Shown here piece by piece: positions 10,031 to 19,341 of a DNA stretch of 60,093 nt. Every line of letters begins with the position of its first letter. Within the stretch, counting starts at the first letter, position 1. The translations under genes and the position numbers were made by a program. The stretch comes from Acidobacteriota bacterium (GTDB taxonomy: Bacteria; Acidobacteriota; Thermoanaerobaculia; Gp7-AA8), in the NCBI GenBank assembly GCA_039931435.1, contig JBDTRY010000003.1, forward strand, positions 1 through 60,093, written 5' to 3'. The notes under the pieces are model-generated. The model saw nothing but the letters and a program-made list of their open reading frames with translations. It had not been told where the DNA came from and did no database searches.

Positions 10031-10594
10031 ATGAGCGCAGATCAGCAGCAATCACAAATGTCACCCAAGCTCGCGTTCCTCCTGGGAGCCGGGACAGCGG
10101 TGGTCCTGGCGTTGATCGTAGTCTTCGCAATGAGAGATACGCGTCCGGACTCTTCGTCGGCTGATGCTGGTTCGCCTTCAGTGAACAGATCGGTGGCGCT
10201 CCCATTCGAAACGAGCGCCGGAACTACGAGCGGAGCAATCGATCCCGCTCTGAACGCTGATCAGCCTGGCGTGATCTCCGGCACGATTCTTCTTGACGAG
10301 GCCGCGGCGAAGACCGTCTCCGGAAAAGTGATCGTGTTCGTCATCGCCCGCGCCGGCACCGGCAAAGGGCATCCCGTCTTTGCCAAGCGTCTGGACGTGA
10401 CCTCGTTTCCGGTGGCGTTCTCGCTCGGCGCCCGCGACTCGATGATGGCCCAGCCGCCGTCCGATCACCTGCGGCTGGAGGCGCGGATCGACCGAGACGG
10501 CGATGCCATCACCCGGGAGGCGGGTTCGCCCTCGGCAACCATCGAGTCCGTGCCTCTCGGCGCTCACGACGTTACGCTGAAGTTGCGGCTCTGA
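10031..10594 (+). CDS. Membrane-anchored protein with CcmI/CycH C-terminal Ig-like domain
   Basis: N-terminal TM helix; ISGTI...VFVIARA...PVFAKRL...FPVAFSL...DSMM...EARIDRDGDA matches the CcmI C-terminal pattern; no TPRs. Confidence 0.65.
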   Translation: MSADQQQSQMSPKLAFLLGAGTAVVLALIVVFAMRDTRPDSSSADAGSPSVNRSVALPFETSAGTTSGAIDPALNADQPGVISGTILLDEAAAKTVSGKVIVFVIARAGTGKGHPVFAKRLDVTSFPVAFSLGARDSMMAQPPSDHLRLEARIDRDGDAITREAGSPSATIESVPLGAHDVTLKLRL

Positions 10595-10682
10595 CGTTTC
10601 ACCAATGCTCGAAAGCGCCGATTGCCCCGATCTGCTCGAAACCACGATTACCGGTGGTCTCGCCATCCCGAAGGAGTAACGA

Positions 10683-12164
10683 ATGAACGACGCCCCACGG
10701 AAACCGAGTCTGTCCCGGAACGTCATCAGTGCCATCGGCGCATTGATCGTGTTCGTCGCTCTGATGAACACGATCTTCCTGATCTATATAGACAGCCGGC
10801 AGACTCATGGAAGCCCGTACCTGGGTATTCTGGCCTGGATCGTCGGTCCCGCCATTCTGTCTTTCGGACTCATTGTCTACATGGCCGGACTGCTGATCGA
10901 GAGACGCCGCCGTCGTATGCGGGCGCCGGATGACATTCCGCAATACCCGGCTATCGACCTGAACGTCCATCGAACACGAATGATCGTGGCCAGTATCTTT
11001 GCCGGCGTCATCCTCTTCGTCACCGCCAGCGTCATCGGCAGTTTTCAGGCCTTTCACTACACCGAATCGGACGAATTCTGCGGAACGGCATGTCATCAGC
11101 CGATGCATCCTGAGAACATCGCTCATCAGATCTCACCACACGCCAGGGTCGCTTGCGTTGCCTGTCACGTGGGAGGGGGAGCGGAGTGGTACGTCCGTTC
11201 AAAAATCAACGGCACCCATCAGCTCATGGGTGTGATCACAGGCAACTACAAACGTCCCATCGCCACGCCGATCAACAATCTCCGGCCGGCGCGGGACACC
11301 TGCGAGCAGTGTCACTGGCCGGAGAAAAACTTCGGAGATCAACTGAAGGTCTTCAGCCACTACCAGTACGACGAGCAGAGCACGCCAACGGAAGTGCGTC
11401 TCCTGATCCACGTTGGAGGCGGTAGCCCCGCCACGGGTGTGGCCCCCGGCATTCACTGGCACATGAATCTCGCAAACAAAATCGACTATGTCGCTGTGGA
11501 TCCTCAGCGTCAGGACATTCCATGGGTTAGGATGACCGACCGCAACGGCAAAGTCACGGATTACGTTCGAGAGGATTCGAAGGTGACGCCGGCGCAGATT
11601 GCAAACGCGCGGCAGATGGACTGTTTGGACTGCCACAGCCGTCCGGCCCATAACTACCTCTCACCAGACCGTGCCGTGGACCGGGCTCTGCTCACGGGAT
11701 CGATCGATCGCTCGCTGCCCTACGTCAAGCAGCAGGCCGTGAACATTCTCTCGAAGAACTATGGATCGACAGCGCAGGCAGTGAAGACCATCGGTAGGGA
11801 CTTCCCCGCCTACTACAGCAAGACCTACCCGGCCGTTTACGCTGCCAGGCGAGCTTCCGTGGACCACTCCATGAAAAGCCTTCAACGGATCTTCCAGTTC
11901 ACACGCTTCCCTGAGATGCGCGTCGACTGGCGGACACACCGGAACAACCTCGGTCACATGTACTCGCTCGGTTGTTTTCGCTGCCACGACGACCAGCACG
12001 TAAGCAAGGACGGCAGGCGAATCAGCAAAGAATGCTCGATCTGCCACGAAGTGCTGAGCGCTCCTGAAGGGAAAACGGCTGAGTTCCAGCATCCCGTGGA
12101 CCTGGGAGACCTCCGCGACATGGTCTGCACCGATTGCCACACCGGCGGAGATATGACCCAGTAG
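10683..12164 (+). CDS. ImcH-like NapC/NirT-family membrane multiheme cytochrome c (putative quinol dehydrogenase)
   Basis: Three N-terminal TM helices, YTESDEFCGTACH (CX3CH) plus six CxxCH = 7 hemes, 493 aa. Confidence 0.82.
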   Translation: MNDAPRKPSLSRNVISAIGALIVFVALMNTIFLIYIDSRQTHGSPYLGILAWIVGPAILSFGLIVYMAGLLIERRRRRMRAPDDIPQYPAIDLNVHRTRMIVASIFAGVILFVTASVIGSFQAFHYTESDEFCGTACHQPMHPENIAHQISPHARVACVACHVGGGAEWYVRSKINGTHQLMGVITGNYKRPIATPINNLRPARDTCEQCHWPEKNFGDQLKVFSHYQYDEQSTPTEVRLLIHVGGGSPATGVAPGIHWHMNLANKIDYVAVDPQRQDIPWVRMTDRNGKVTDYVREDSKVTPAQIANARQMDCLDCHSRPAHNYLSPDRAVDRALLTGSIDRSLPYVKQQAVNILSKNYGSTAQAVKTIGRDFPAYYSKTYPAVYAARRASVDHSMKSLQRIFQFTRFPEMRVDWRTHRNNLGHMYSLGCFRCHDDQHVSKDGRRISKECSICHEVLSAPEGKTAEFQHPVDLGDLRDMVCTDCHTGGDMTQ

Positions 12165-12189
12165 AAATAACCGCTGGGAAGCGCGGCCT

Positions 12190-12430
12190 TCAGATCTGTC
12201 TGATCTTCAGCGCCAGGGCCACCAGCGCTGCCAGGATCACCCAAAGCGAGATGAGGAGGCCGCGCCGGCGATAGGCCAGCTCGTCCAGTGAATGCTGGCC
12301 GCCCTCGAGCGCTGTCTGCGCATGAAGGAGCGCTTCCTTGCGTTTGTCGGCGAAGGCGCCGGCACTCGAGAAGCTGTGCACCAGCGTCTCGATCTGATTG
12401 TCGATGGCGATGTCCAGTTCCGCTCGTGCT
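12190..12430 (-). pseudogene. C-terminal remnant of a membrane-anchored multiheme cytochrome-type protein
   Basis: ARAELDIAIDNQIETLVHSF...ELAYRRRGLLISLWVILAALVALALKIRQI resembles the C-terminal anchor of cytochrome c3-family proteins; in-frame TAA upstream. Confidence 0.45.
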
Positions 12431-12492
12431 TAGGAACTGAACGGCTCCTCAGACCCCGCTACTTTGCGAGCCGGTTGAAGACCACTTCTGAT

Positions 12493-13008
12493 CTACGGCT
12501 CGCGACCCTGGTGCACCGGCAATCCGGCAGACTGCCATGATGCGAACCCTCCCAGAAGGGCGCCCGAGTCCATTCCACCGCTGGTAATGATGAGCGCCGC
12601 ACGGGCGCTCGATTCTTCGGCCGGTCACGTGCAGTAGGTAATGATCGGTTTACCCCGCGGAAGGTATGGCAGCTCGCCCTGAATGTACGAAAGCGGGATG
12701 TGCATTGCGCCGGGGATATGCGCCGCCACGTACGAATCGATGTCACGCACGTCGATAGCCCTGATCTCCCCCCGCTCCAATTTGTCCCTGAACGCCTTCA
12801 GCGGCATACGAGCAACGGAATCCAGCGAGGGGGCGGAAAACGGGGCCGGTGCGCTGGAGAACGGTGTGCCGGTCATGACGGGCGCGTTCGCGGCCACCGC
12901 ACTCCCGGCAGCCGGAGCTGGATTGGAAGCGCGCGTGGCAGCCCATCCGATGATCACCCCGACGACTGCCCCGGCGGCCACATAGGCGGTGATCTCCTGC
13001 CCTTTCAT
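12493..13008 (-). CDS. Membrane-anchored rhodanese-like protein, probable selenoprotein (CxU; UGA at 12625-12627)
   Basis: IDVR...HIPGA...YCT-TGA-PAEESSARAALIITSGGMDSGALLGGFASWQSAGLPVHQGREP-TAG; the rhodanese C-terminal signature lies in frame after the TGA. Confidence 0.85.
12592..12610 (-). promoter_or_regulatory. Candidate bacterial SECIS hairpin
   Basis: GAGCGCC-CGUGC-GGCGCUC, a 7-bp stem starting 14 nt after the UGA, with GU in the apical loop. Confidence 0.65.
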
Positions 13009-13070
13009 GCTTCCTCCTCCACGGCGGTTAACGACCCGGAGGCGACGCTCCCGTGACCAGCTTCCGTCAT

Positions 13071-13100
13071 GAAAAACGGCAGCCCGGAGACGGGCTGCCG
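13071..13100 (-). terminator. Rho-independent terminator of the cytochrome c gene
   Basis: CGGCAGCCCG-TCTC-CGGGCTGCCG-TTTTT on the minus strand. Confidence 0.75.
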
Positions 13101-13128
13101 AAACATCAAACTCTGAAATGATGGCTAC

Positions 13129-13434
13129 TTACTTCTTCAGGCTGCGCACGAAGGCGATGACAGCCTCCATATCCTGGGCGGAAAGTTTGGAGGGTTTCAT
13201 CTTTCCTTTACCTTCGGCGAGGATTTTCGTCATCTCCACGTTGGTGAGATTCTGAACCTCCGGCGTGCCGAGATCCTTCAGCTTGAGATTCTTCCCGATC
13301 GTCGTCTGTCCGCTTCCGTCCGCCCCGTGACAGGCCGCGCATTTCGCCTTGTAAATGGCCGCGCCATCGGCGAATGCGGCCACGGGCAGAGCCAGCGCCA
13401 GCAGCACCGCACAGGTCAAAGTTTTCTTCTTCAT
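13129..13434 (-). CDS. Monoheme class I cytochrome c (paralog of 4196-4516)
   Basis: MKKKTL signal peptide, CAACH, GKGKM; shares CHGADGxGQTTIGK with the first copy; RBS GAGGAG. Confidence 0.92.
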   Translation of the reverse strand: MKKKTLTCAVLLALALPVAAFADGAAIYKAKCAACHGADGSGQTTIGKNLKLKDLGTPEVQNLTNVEMTKILAEGKGKMKPSKLSAQDMEAVIAFVRSLKK

Positions 13435-13518
13435 CAATGACTCCTCTTTCGTTTTATATTCAAACATTCTTGCCCCACACTGTATTTCGTCGGCAGGTGA
13501 TTAAACACGGCAGATTCA

Positions 13519-13686
13519 CTAGTGGCGTGTATTGGATGAATGGGTACCAGATGACGCCGGAATCGGCGACGTGAGCTAGGCGCGCCGACGCAAGCATAGC
13601 GGCTCCTATGCTGAGGAGGCGCAACAACGCTCACGGCGTCGAGACCAAGTCAAGGTGGTACCCATTTGTCCAATACACGCCACTAC
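13519..13686. mobile_element. MITE-like element, copy 1
   Basis: Terminal inverted repeats TAGTGGCGTGTATTGGA...TCCAATACACGCCACTA; near-identical inverted copy at 28523-28689; no credible ORF. Confidence 0.8.
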
Positions 13687-14060
13687 GGCCTGATTACCGA
13701 CGCCGATGGTCGGCTGGCAATCGTTCCTGCGCCGTCGGGTGTCTATTTGCCCGGCGGTGGGAGCAACGAATCAGAGGATGCGGAACAGACAGTCATGCGC
13801 GAGATTCGCGAGGAGTGCGGCCTGTTAATCTAACCTGGCGTTTGGCGCCGCGCTGCCATCGACCGGTCCCTGGCCGCCGCGGAACGCACAACTTTTGAGA
13901 AACGCTTCATGTTCTTCGACGTGCTCGCGATTGGGCTATCCAATGGTCAAGCTGAGGCCGACCATCTCCTGGAATGGGCTAACGCTGCTGGCGCAGCCGG
14001 CCGCGTTCGCCCGCGAGCCATCGGTGGGCGATCACAGAGTGGTTGGCCACGTTCGCGCCG
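13684..14060 (+). pseudogene. Nudix hydrolase pseudogene, 5' end cut at the MITE
   Basis: YGLITDADGRLAIV...LPGGGSNESEDAEQTVMREIREECG (Nudix box), TAA at 13831, later EADHLLEW and frameshifted SHRWAI. Confidence 0.75.
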
Positions 14061-14165
14061 GACACGCCTGCCGGCATCAGAGCATCGACCGTGTGACGAT
14101 CGTTGAACCTGACCAGCGATCTGCGGATGCTCGTTTCGCCCCTTTATTTTGATTCGCGGGCGGCC

Positions 14166-14927
14166 TCACCACGCCACGAGCGCAGGCTGCTGCTGCGAGA
14201 GCCAGTCCTGAAGGCCTTCTTTCGTGTCGACAAGGAGCATGCCGCGCATGCGGTAGTGGCCGAGCCCGCATAGCTGCGCGCAGGCGATCTCCCACTGTTC
14301 GCCGTTGTTGGTGCGCGTTGGCGTGAAGTGAATGGGAATCTCCATGCCTGGAACGGCATCCTGGTTGACGCGCATGACCGGAAGCTTGAAGCTGTGAATG
14401 ACGTCCTTTGACGAGATGTGAATGACCACCGGACGATTCACCTCCAGGTGAAGCTCGTTCAGGGTGTTCAGGTCGTCCGTGGCATGCGGATCCTTCGCAT
14501 CGAGCCCGAGGGGATTATCCACCGAGACGAGGGTCACATCCCGCCTGCCGAAGATGCCGTCGGGACCCGGATAGTGGACATTCCACGCAAACTGCTCGGC
14601 CACGATCTGGATCTCCAGCGGCTTCACATTGCCGGCGAGCGGCTGAGCCCAACGCGTCCATGCGGGGATCGAGTATCCGAACAGGTCAACGAGCTCGACG
14701 GCGAACACCGCGATGATGAGATAGACCGGCCAACGCGAGCGCATTCCCCCGTAACTCACGGGCTGGTGCCCACCGGCGCGAAAACGAATCAGCACGTAGA
14801 TGATGTATGCCGCCCAGAAAACGAACAGAATCACGATCATCCAGTGGATTTCGATCAGCAACTTGTCGATTTCCCATCCGTGGCGGGAGTAGTCGGGCGG
14901 CATGTGTCCGAGCAGAAAGTGTTTCAA
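14166..14927 (-). CDS. coxB: Cytochrome c oxidase subunit II (CuA)
   Basis: Two TM helices, EQFAW, DVIHSF, CAQLCGLGHYRM; probable TTG start overlapping the upstream TGA. Confidence 0.9.
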   Translation of the reverse strand: MKHFLLGHMPPDYSRHGWEIDKLLIEIHWMIVILFVFWAAYIIYVLIRFRAGGHQPVSYGGMRSRWPVYLIIAVFAVELVDLFGYSIPAWTRWAQPLAGNVKPLEIQIVAEQFAWNVHYPGPDGIFGRRDVTLVSVDNPLGLDAKDPHATDDLNTLNELHLEVNRPVVIHISSKDVIHSFKLPVMRVNQDAVPGMEIPIHFTPTRTNNGEQWEIACAQLCGLGHYRMRGMLLVDTKEGLQDWLSQQQPALVAW

Positions 14928-15202
14928 GGCCGACCCCCTTCGATCAACACGAACGGCTCCGGTTTCATGGAGAACTCCCGTGATCGGCGCCAAAAGCTCC
15001 AGAAGAGGGTGGCGAATCCGATCTGGACGAGCCCGACGACAGCCAGGAGAAAGAGAATGGCGTAGTTCATCGACTTCGCCGCCTGGGAGCCGGCGGCCGC
15101 CCCGAAACAGACCGGGCAGGCCATTGCGGCGGGCGCGAACACCAGCAGTGCCACGGCGGCGAGCGCGGCGACGGTCGGGATGCGCAGGGCCGGTCTGGTC
15201 AT
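14924..15202 (-). CDS. Small oxidase-operon membrane protein with CPVC motif
   Basis: Signal peptide, ACPVCFG, one TM helix; coupled to both neighbours by overlaps. Confidence 0.7.
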   Translation of the reverse strand: MTRPALRIPTVAALAAVALLVFAPAAMACPVCFGAAAGSQAAKSMNYAILFLLAVVGLVQIGFATLFWSFWRRSREFSMKPEPFVLIEGGRP

Positions 15203-15396
15203 AGATTCATCAGCTTTCGGAAAACTCGTCCCGCATACGCGACGAGAGCGACCCCACAGAACACGAACATGATCGCCAGAACGAGCGCGCTGCTGTTCCT
15301 GGTGGCGAGAAACTCTCGAAAGCCCCAGACGGCCACGAAGACCGACAAGCCGATCGACACGGTAATGAAGACGATGTGAAAGTGACGAAGCCCCAT
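15199..15396 (-). CDS. Small two-TM oxidase-operon protein
   Basis: MGLRHFHIVFITVS..., two hydrophobic helices, ATGA overlap with the next gene. Confidence 0.7.
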   Translation of the reverse strand: MGLRHFHIVFITVSIGLSVFVAVWGFREFLATRNSSALVLAIMFVFCGVALVAYAGRVFRKLMNL

Positions 15397-15400
15397 GCTG

Positions 15401-15808
15401 TCACCGTCCGATGGCATCGACGAAGCCCTGCCACGGTCCCCAGAGGAGAAAGGAAAAAAAGAAGAGCGTCACGCCGAGAACCGAATAGATCAGTTTCTTC
15501 TCCGAGAGTAGATGCATGAAGAATCCGGCAACCAGAAATCCTTTCGTGCAGGCGATGACCAGGGCGATGGCGATGGCGGTGTGCACCGGCATTTTCAGTC
15601 CGTAGCACGCCCAGACCGTGAGCGCGGTCAGCGCGGCGAGGGCGCCAAAGACGATGAGATAGACGCGCATCTCCCGCCGGATCTCCTCGGGAGTGTGATG
15701 AAGATTCGGGTCGTGCACTCCGCCGTGGGTATGCTGATCTTCAGCGCGGCTCGCCGGCAGCGGCATGCCGTCGGACGGGGCGTTCGGTTGAATCACTTGT
15801 TCGCTCAC
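15401..15808 (-). CDS. Cytochrome c oxidase subunit IV family protein
   Basis: YLIVFGALAALTALTV...KGFLVAGFFMHL; GTG start after AGGAGG. Confidence 0.85.
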   Translation of the reverse strand: MSEQVIQPNAPSDGMPLPASRAEDQHTHGGVHDPNLHHTPEEIRREMRVYLIVFGALAALTALTVWACYGLKMPVHTAIAIALVIACTKGFLVAGFFMHLLSEKKLIYSVLGVTLFFFSFLLWGPWQGFVDAIGR

Positions 15809-15816
15809 CGGTCCTC

Positions 15817-16440
<624 letters not shown>

Positions 16441-18306
16441 TCAGACCTCCTTCTGTGCCACGGTCGTCTTCGGCAACATCCCGCCGCTCAGGGCAGGGGC
16501 CGGACGCAACTCGAGATTCTGGGGAAGATAGTCCGCAGTCTGGTAGTCCGGCGAGTTGTACTCGTAAGGACCGCGGTAGACGATCGGCAGCACCTCGAAA
16601 TTCCCGTGGGCCAGCGGCGGTGAGGTGGCGGCCACCCATTCGAGCGTGGTGGCTTGCCACGGATTGTCGTCGACGTTCTTCTTGTGCCGCGCGGCCTGGG
16701 CCACGTTCCAGACGAAATTCACGATGAACGGAATCTGCGCGGCGAGGAGGCACCAGGCGGAGATAGAGATGAACGGATTCGTCGCTGCGGCCGCCGCCTT
16801 CGCATGCGCGTACTGCAACCCGCCGTCATACATGCGTCGCTGCACCCCGGCCAGACCCTGGAGAAACATCGGAAGGAACACGCCGTTCATGAACAGGAAC
16901 GAGCCCCAGAAGTGCACTTTTCCCAGAGTGTCGTTCAGCTTTCGCCCCGTGACTTTCGGGAACCAGTAGTAGATGCCTGCGAACAAGGCGAAGATCGTCC
17001 CCGGCGCTACGATGTAGTGAAAGTGGGCGATGACGTAGTAGGTGTCGTGCAGATGGAGGTCCGTGGTTGCCAGGCCAAGGGGAAGCCCGGTCAGCCCGCC
17101 GAGCCCGAACATGGGAAGGAAGGCGACGGCAAAATACATCGGGGTCGTCATGCGTATCGAGCCACCCCAGAGAGTGACGAGCAACACCGTCAGGATGATC
17201 ACCGAGGGGATGGAGATGATCATCGTCGTGGTCTGGAAGAAGCCGCTGACCATCGCTCCCATGCCGGTGATGAACATGTGGTGCGCCCAGACCACGAAGG
17301 ACATGAAGCCGATCCAGAGCACCGAGTAGACCAGCCAGCGATATCCCCATATGGGCTTGCGGGTGTTGTTGGCGATGACCTCGGTGATGATTCCGAGCGC
17401 CGGCAGGATCAGGACGTATACCTCGGGATGAGCCAGGAACCAGAACAGGTGCTGCCACAGCAATGGATTTCCACCGCCGGCGACCGCAAGTCTTTCACCG
17501 CTGACAACCAGGTCTGCCGGCAGGTAGAAGCTCGTCCCCGCCACGCGATCCATGAACTGCAGGATGGCGCCCACCTCGAGTGCGGGAAAGGCGAGCAGCA
17601 GCAGGAACGATGTGACGAACTGGGCCCAGACGAAGAACGGCAGGCGCATGAAGGTCAGCCCCTCGGCCCGAAGCTGCACGATCGTAACGATGAAGTTGAT
17701 CGAGCCGAGGAGAGAGGATGTGATCAGGAAAACCATTCCCACGATCCAGAAGGTCTGACCACGGGATGCAATATCCGCGAGCGGAGGATAGGAGGTCCAG
17801 CCTGAAGCGGCGGTTCCCAGCGGAAGGAAAAAGCTCGCCAGCATGATCATGCCGCCGGTGAAGTACGCCCAGTAGCTGGCCATGTTGAGCTTGGGGAATG
17901 CCATGTCCGGCGCGCCGATCTGCAGCGGCACGATGTAGTTTCCAAAGGCGCCGACCGCCAGCGGGACAATGGCCATGAAGACCATGATCGTGCCGTGCAT
18001 CGCGCCCAGCTGGTTGTAGCCCTCGGGAAGCATGATTCCGCCCGGCGCGCGCGACTCACCGAGAATTCTGAACAGACGGAATGCATGTCCGGGCCAGCCG
18101 AGCTGCAGACGCATCAACAGCATCAGGCTGAAGCCGAATAGCAGAAATACGAGCGCCGTCACTCCATACTGAATCCCGATCCACTTGTGATCCGTGGAGA
18201 ATACATAGCGGCGAATCCAGGATAGATGATGCTGCCCTCCGGCTTCGACTGCCGGTGCCCCGCCGCCGGAAGGCGAGAGCGCGGGGTCATGGGGTGTCTC
18301 AGACAT
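16441..18306 (-). CDS. coxA: Heme-copper oxidase subunit I, A family
   Basis: STDHK, HGTIMVF, PDMAFP, HPEVY, WAHH, HDTYYVIAHFHY, RR. Confidence 0.95.
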   Translation of the reverse strand: MSETPHDPALSPSGGGAPAVEAGGQHHLSWIRRYVFSTDHKWIGIQYGVTALVFLLFGFSLMLLMRLQLGWPGHAFRLFRILGESRAPGGIMLPEGYNQLGAMHGTIMVFMAIVPLAVGAFGNYIVPLQIGAPDMAFPKLNMASYWAYFTGGMIMLASFFLPLGTAASGWTSYPPLADIASRGQTFWIVGMVFLITSSLLGSINFIVTIVQLRAEGLTFMRLPFFVWAQFVTSFLLLLAFPALEVGAILQFMDRVAGTSFYLPADLVVSGERLAVAGGGNPLLWQHLFWFLAHPEVYVLILPALGIITEVIANNTRKPIWGYRWLVYSVLWIGFMSFVVWAHHMFITGMGAMVSGFFQTTTMIISIPSVIILTVLLVTLWGGSIRMTTPMYFAVAFLPMFGLGGLTGLPLGLATTDLHLHDTYYVIAHFHYIVAPGTIFALFAGIYYWFPKVTGRKLNDTLGKVHFWGSFLFMNGVFLPMFLQGLAGVQRRMYDGGLQYAHAKAAAAATNPFISISAWCLLAAQIPFIVNFVWNVAQAARHKKNVDDNPWQATTLEWVAATSPPLAHGNFEVLPIVYRGPYEYNSPDYQTADYLPQNLELRPAPALSGGMLPKTTVAQKEV

Positions 18307-18340
18307 GCACCTGTCCTCCTAGTTGCGCGTTCGCATTGTT

Positions 18341-18359
18341 TGTCACGCCCAGCGTGACA
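18341..18359. promoter_or_regulatory. Perfect palindrome in the cox / cyc2-like divergent region
   Basis: TGTCACG-N5-CGTGACA about 35 bp upstream of coxA. Confidence 0.4.
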
Positions 18360-18551
18360 CGCAGGCGCATCCGCCGGATCACCCGGCGGCACTCGGACCG
18401 CCGTCGGGGCGTGCAACGCGGCGGTGCAAAAAATTTGCGGTTTTCCATTGCTAAAACAGGCAGGTAGAATATAGTAGATGAAATTGGATTCTGGGGTCAA
18501 CGAACTTTTTGTGAATCGGCATCATCACCGTCAAGGAGATGGGAATCACGC

Positions 18552-19250
18552 ATGTTCAAAAAAATAAGTCACGTCCTGGCATTGGCTGTCTGTTTCGTAT
18601 TCACCACTGTCGCGGCTCATGCGGCGACGCTCGTGGCACACGTAGAGTTGAAGAGTCCGGTGCATCCCGCGCACATGATCAACACCGCGGCCGATCCGTA
18701 CTGCAATACGGTTCACAAGACCGACAAGCTCATGACCGAGGACCAGATGGCGAACCCGAACGGAACGATGGGCAATACGTTCGTCTTCATCAGTGAAGGG
18801 GTCACCGGCAACTACGCGCCCCCCAAGACTCCGGTCGTCCTGGACCAGCAGGGATGTCATTACGTCCCGCATGCGTTCGGCGTCATGGCCGGGCAGCCCA
18901 TCGTGATCAAAAACAATGACGCGACTCTGCACAACATCCACCCCCTCCCGAAAGTGAATACGCCGTTCAATATCGGCATGCCGATGAAGGGCATGACCCA
19001 GACCCGCGTGTTCCCCAAGCCGGAAATGCCGTTCCACATCAAGTGCGACGTTCATCCCTGGATGTCGGGGTTCGTCGGCGTGTTCGCCAATCCGTTCTTC
19101 GGTGTGTCGAACGACAAGGGAATCGTGGAAATCGACAATCTCCCTGCCGGGACGTACACGGTGGAATCCTGGCACGAGCGGTTGGGACCGAAGTTTCAGA
19201 AAGTCACCGTCGGAGGTTCTGACCGCAAAGAGGTCACCTTTACGTATTAA
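18552..19250 (+). CDS. Periplasmic cupredoxin-like / carboxypeptidase-regulatory-like protein
   Basis: Signal peptide, DQQGCHYVPH, LHNIH, KCDVHPWM (possible His/Cys/His/Met Cu site), PAGTYTVESWHE. Confidence 0.75.
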   Translation: MFKKISHVLALAVCFVFTTVAAHAATLVAHVELKSPVHPAHMINTAADPYCNTVHKTDKLMTEDQMANPNGTMGNTFVFISEGVTGNYAPPKTPVVLDQQGCHYVPHAFGVMAGQPIVIKNNDATLHNIHPLPKVNTPFNIGMPMKGMTQTRVFPKPEMPFHIKCDVHPWMSGFVGVFANPFFGVSNDKGIVEIDNLPAGTYTVESWHERLGPKFQKVTVGGSDRKEVTFTY

Positions 19251-19341
19251 AGCCCTCGTGAACTGCTCCTGGTAAGAGCGCGGCCATACCGGCCACGCTT
19301 CCGCTCCATCAATCGATCTCGGGTATAAAGGAGACGAACCG

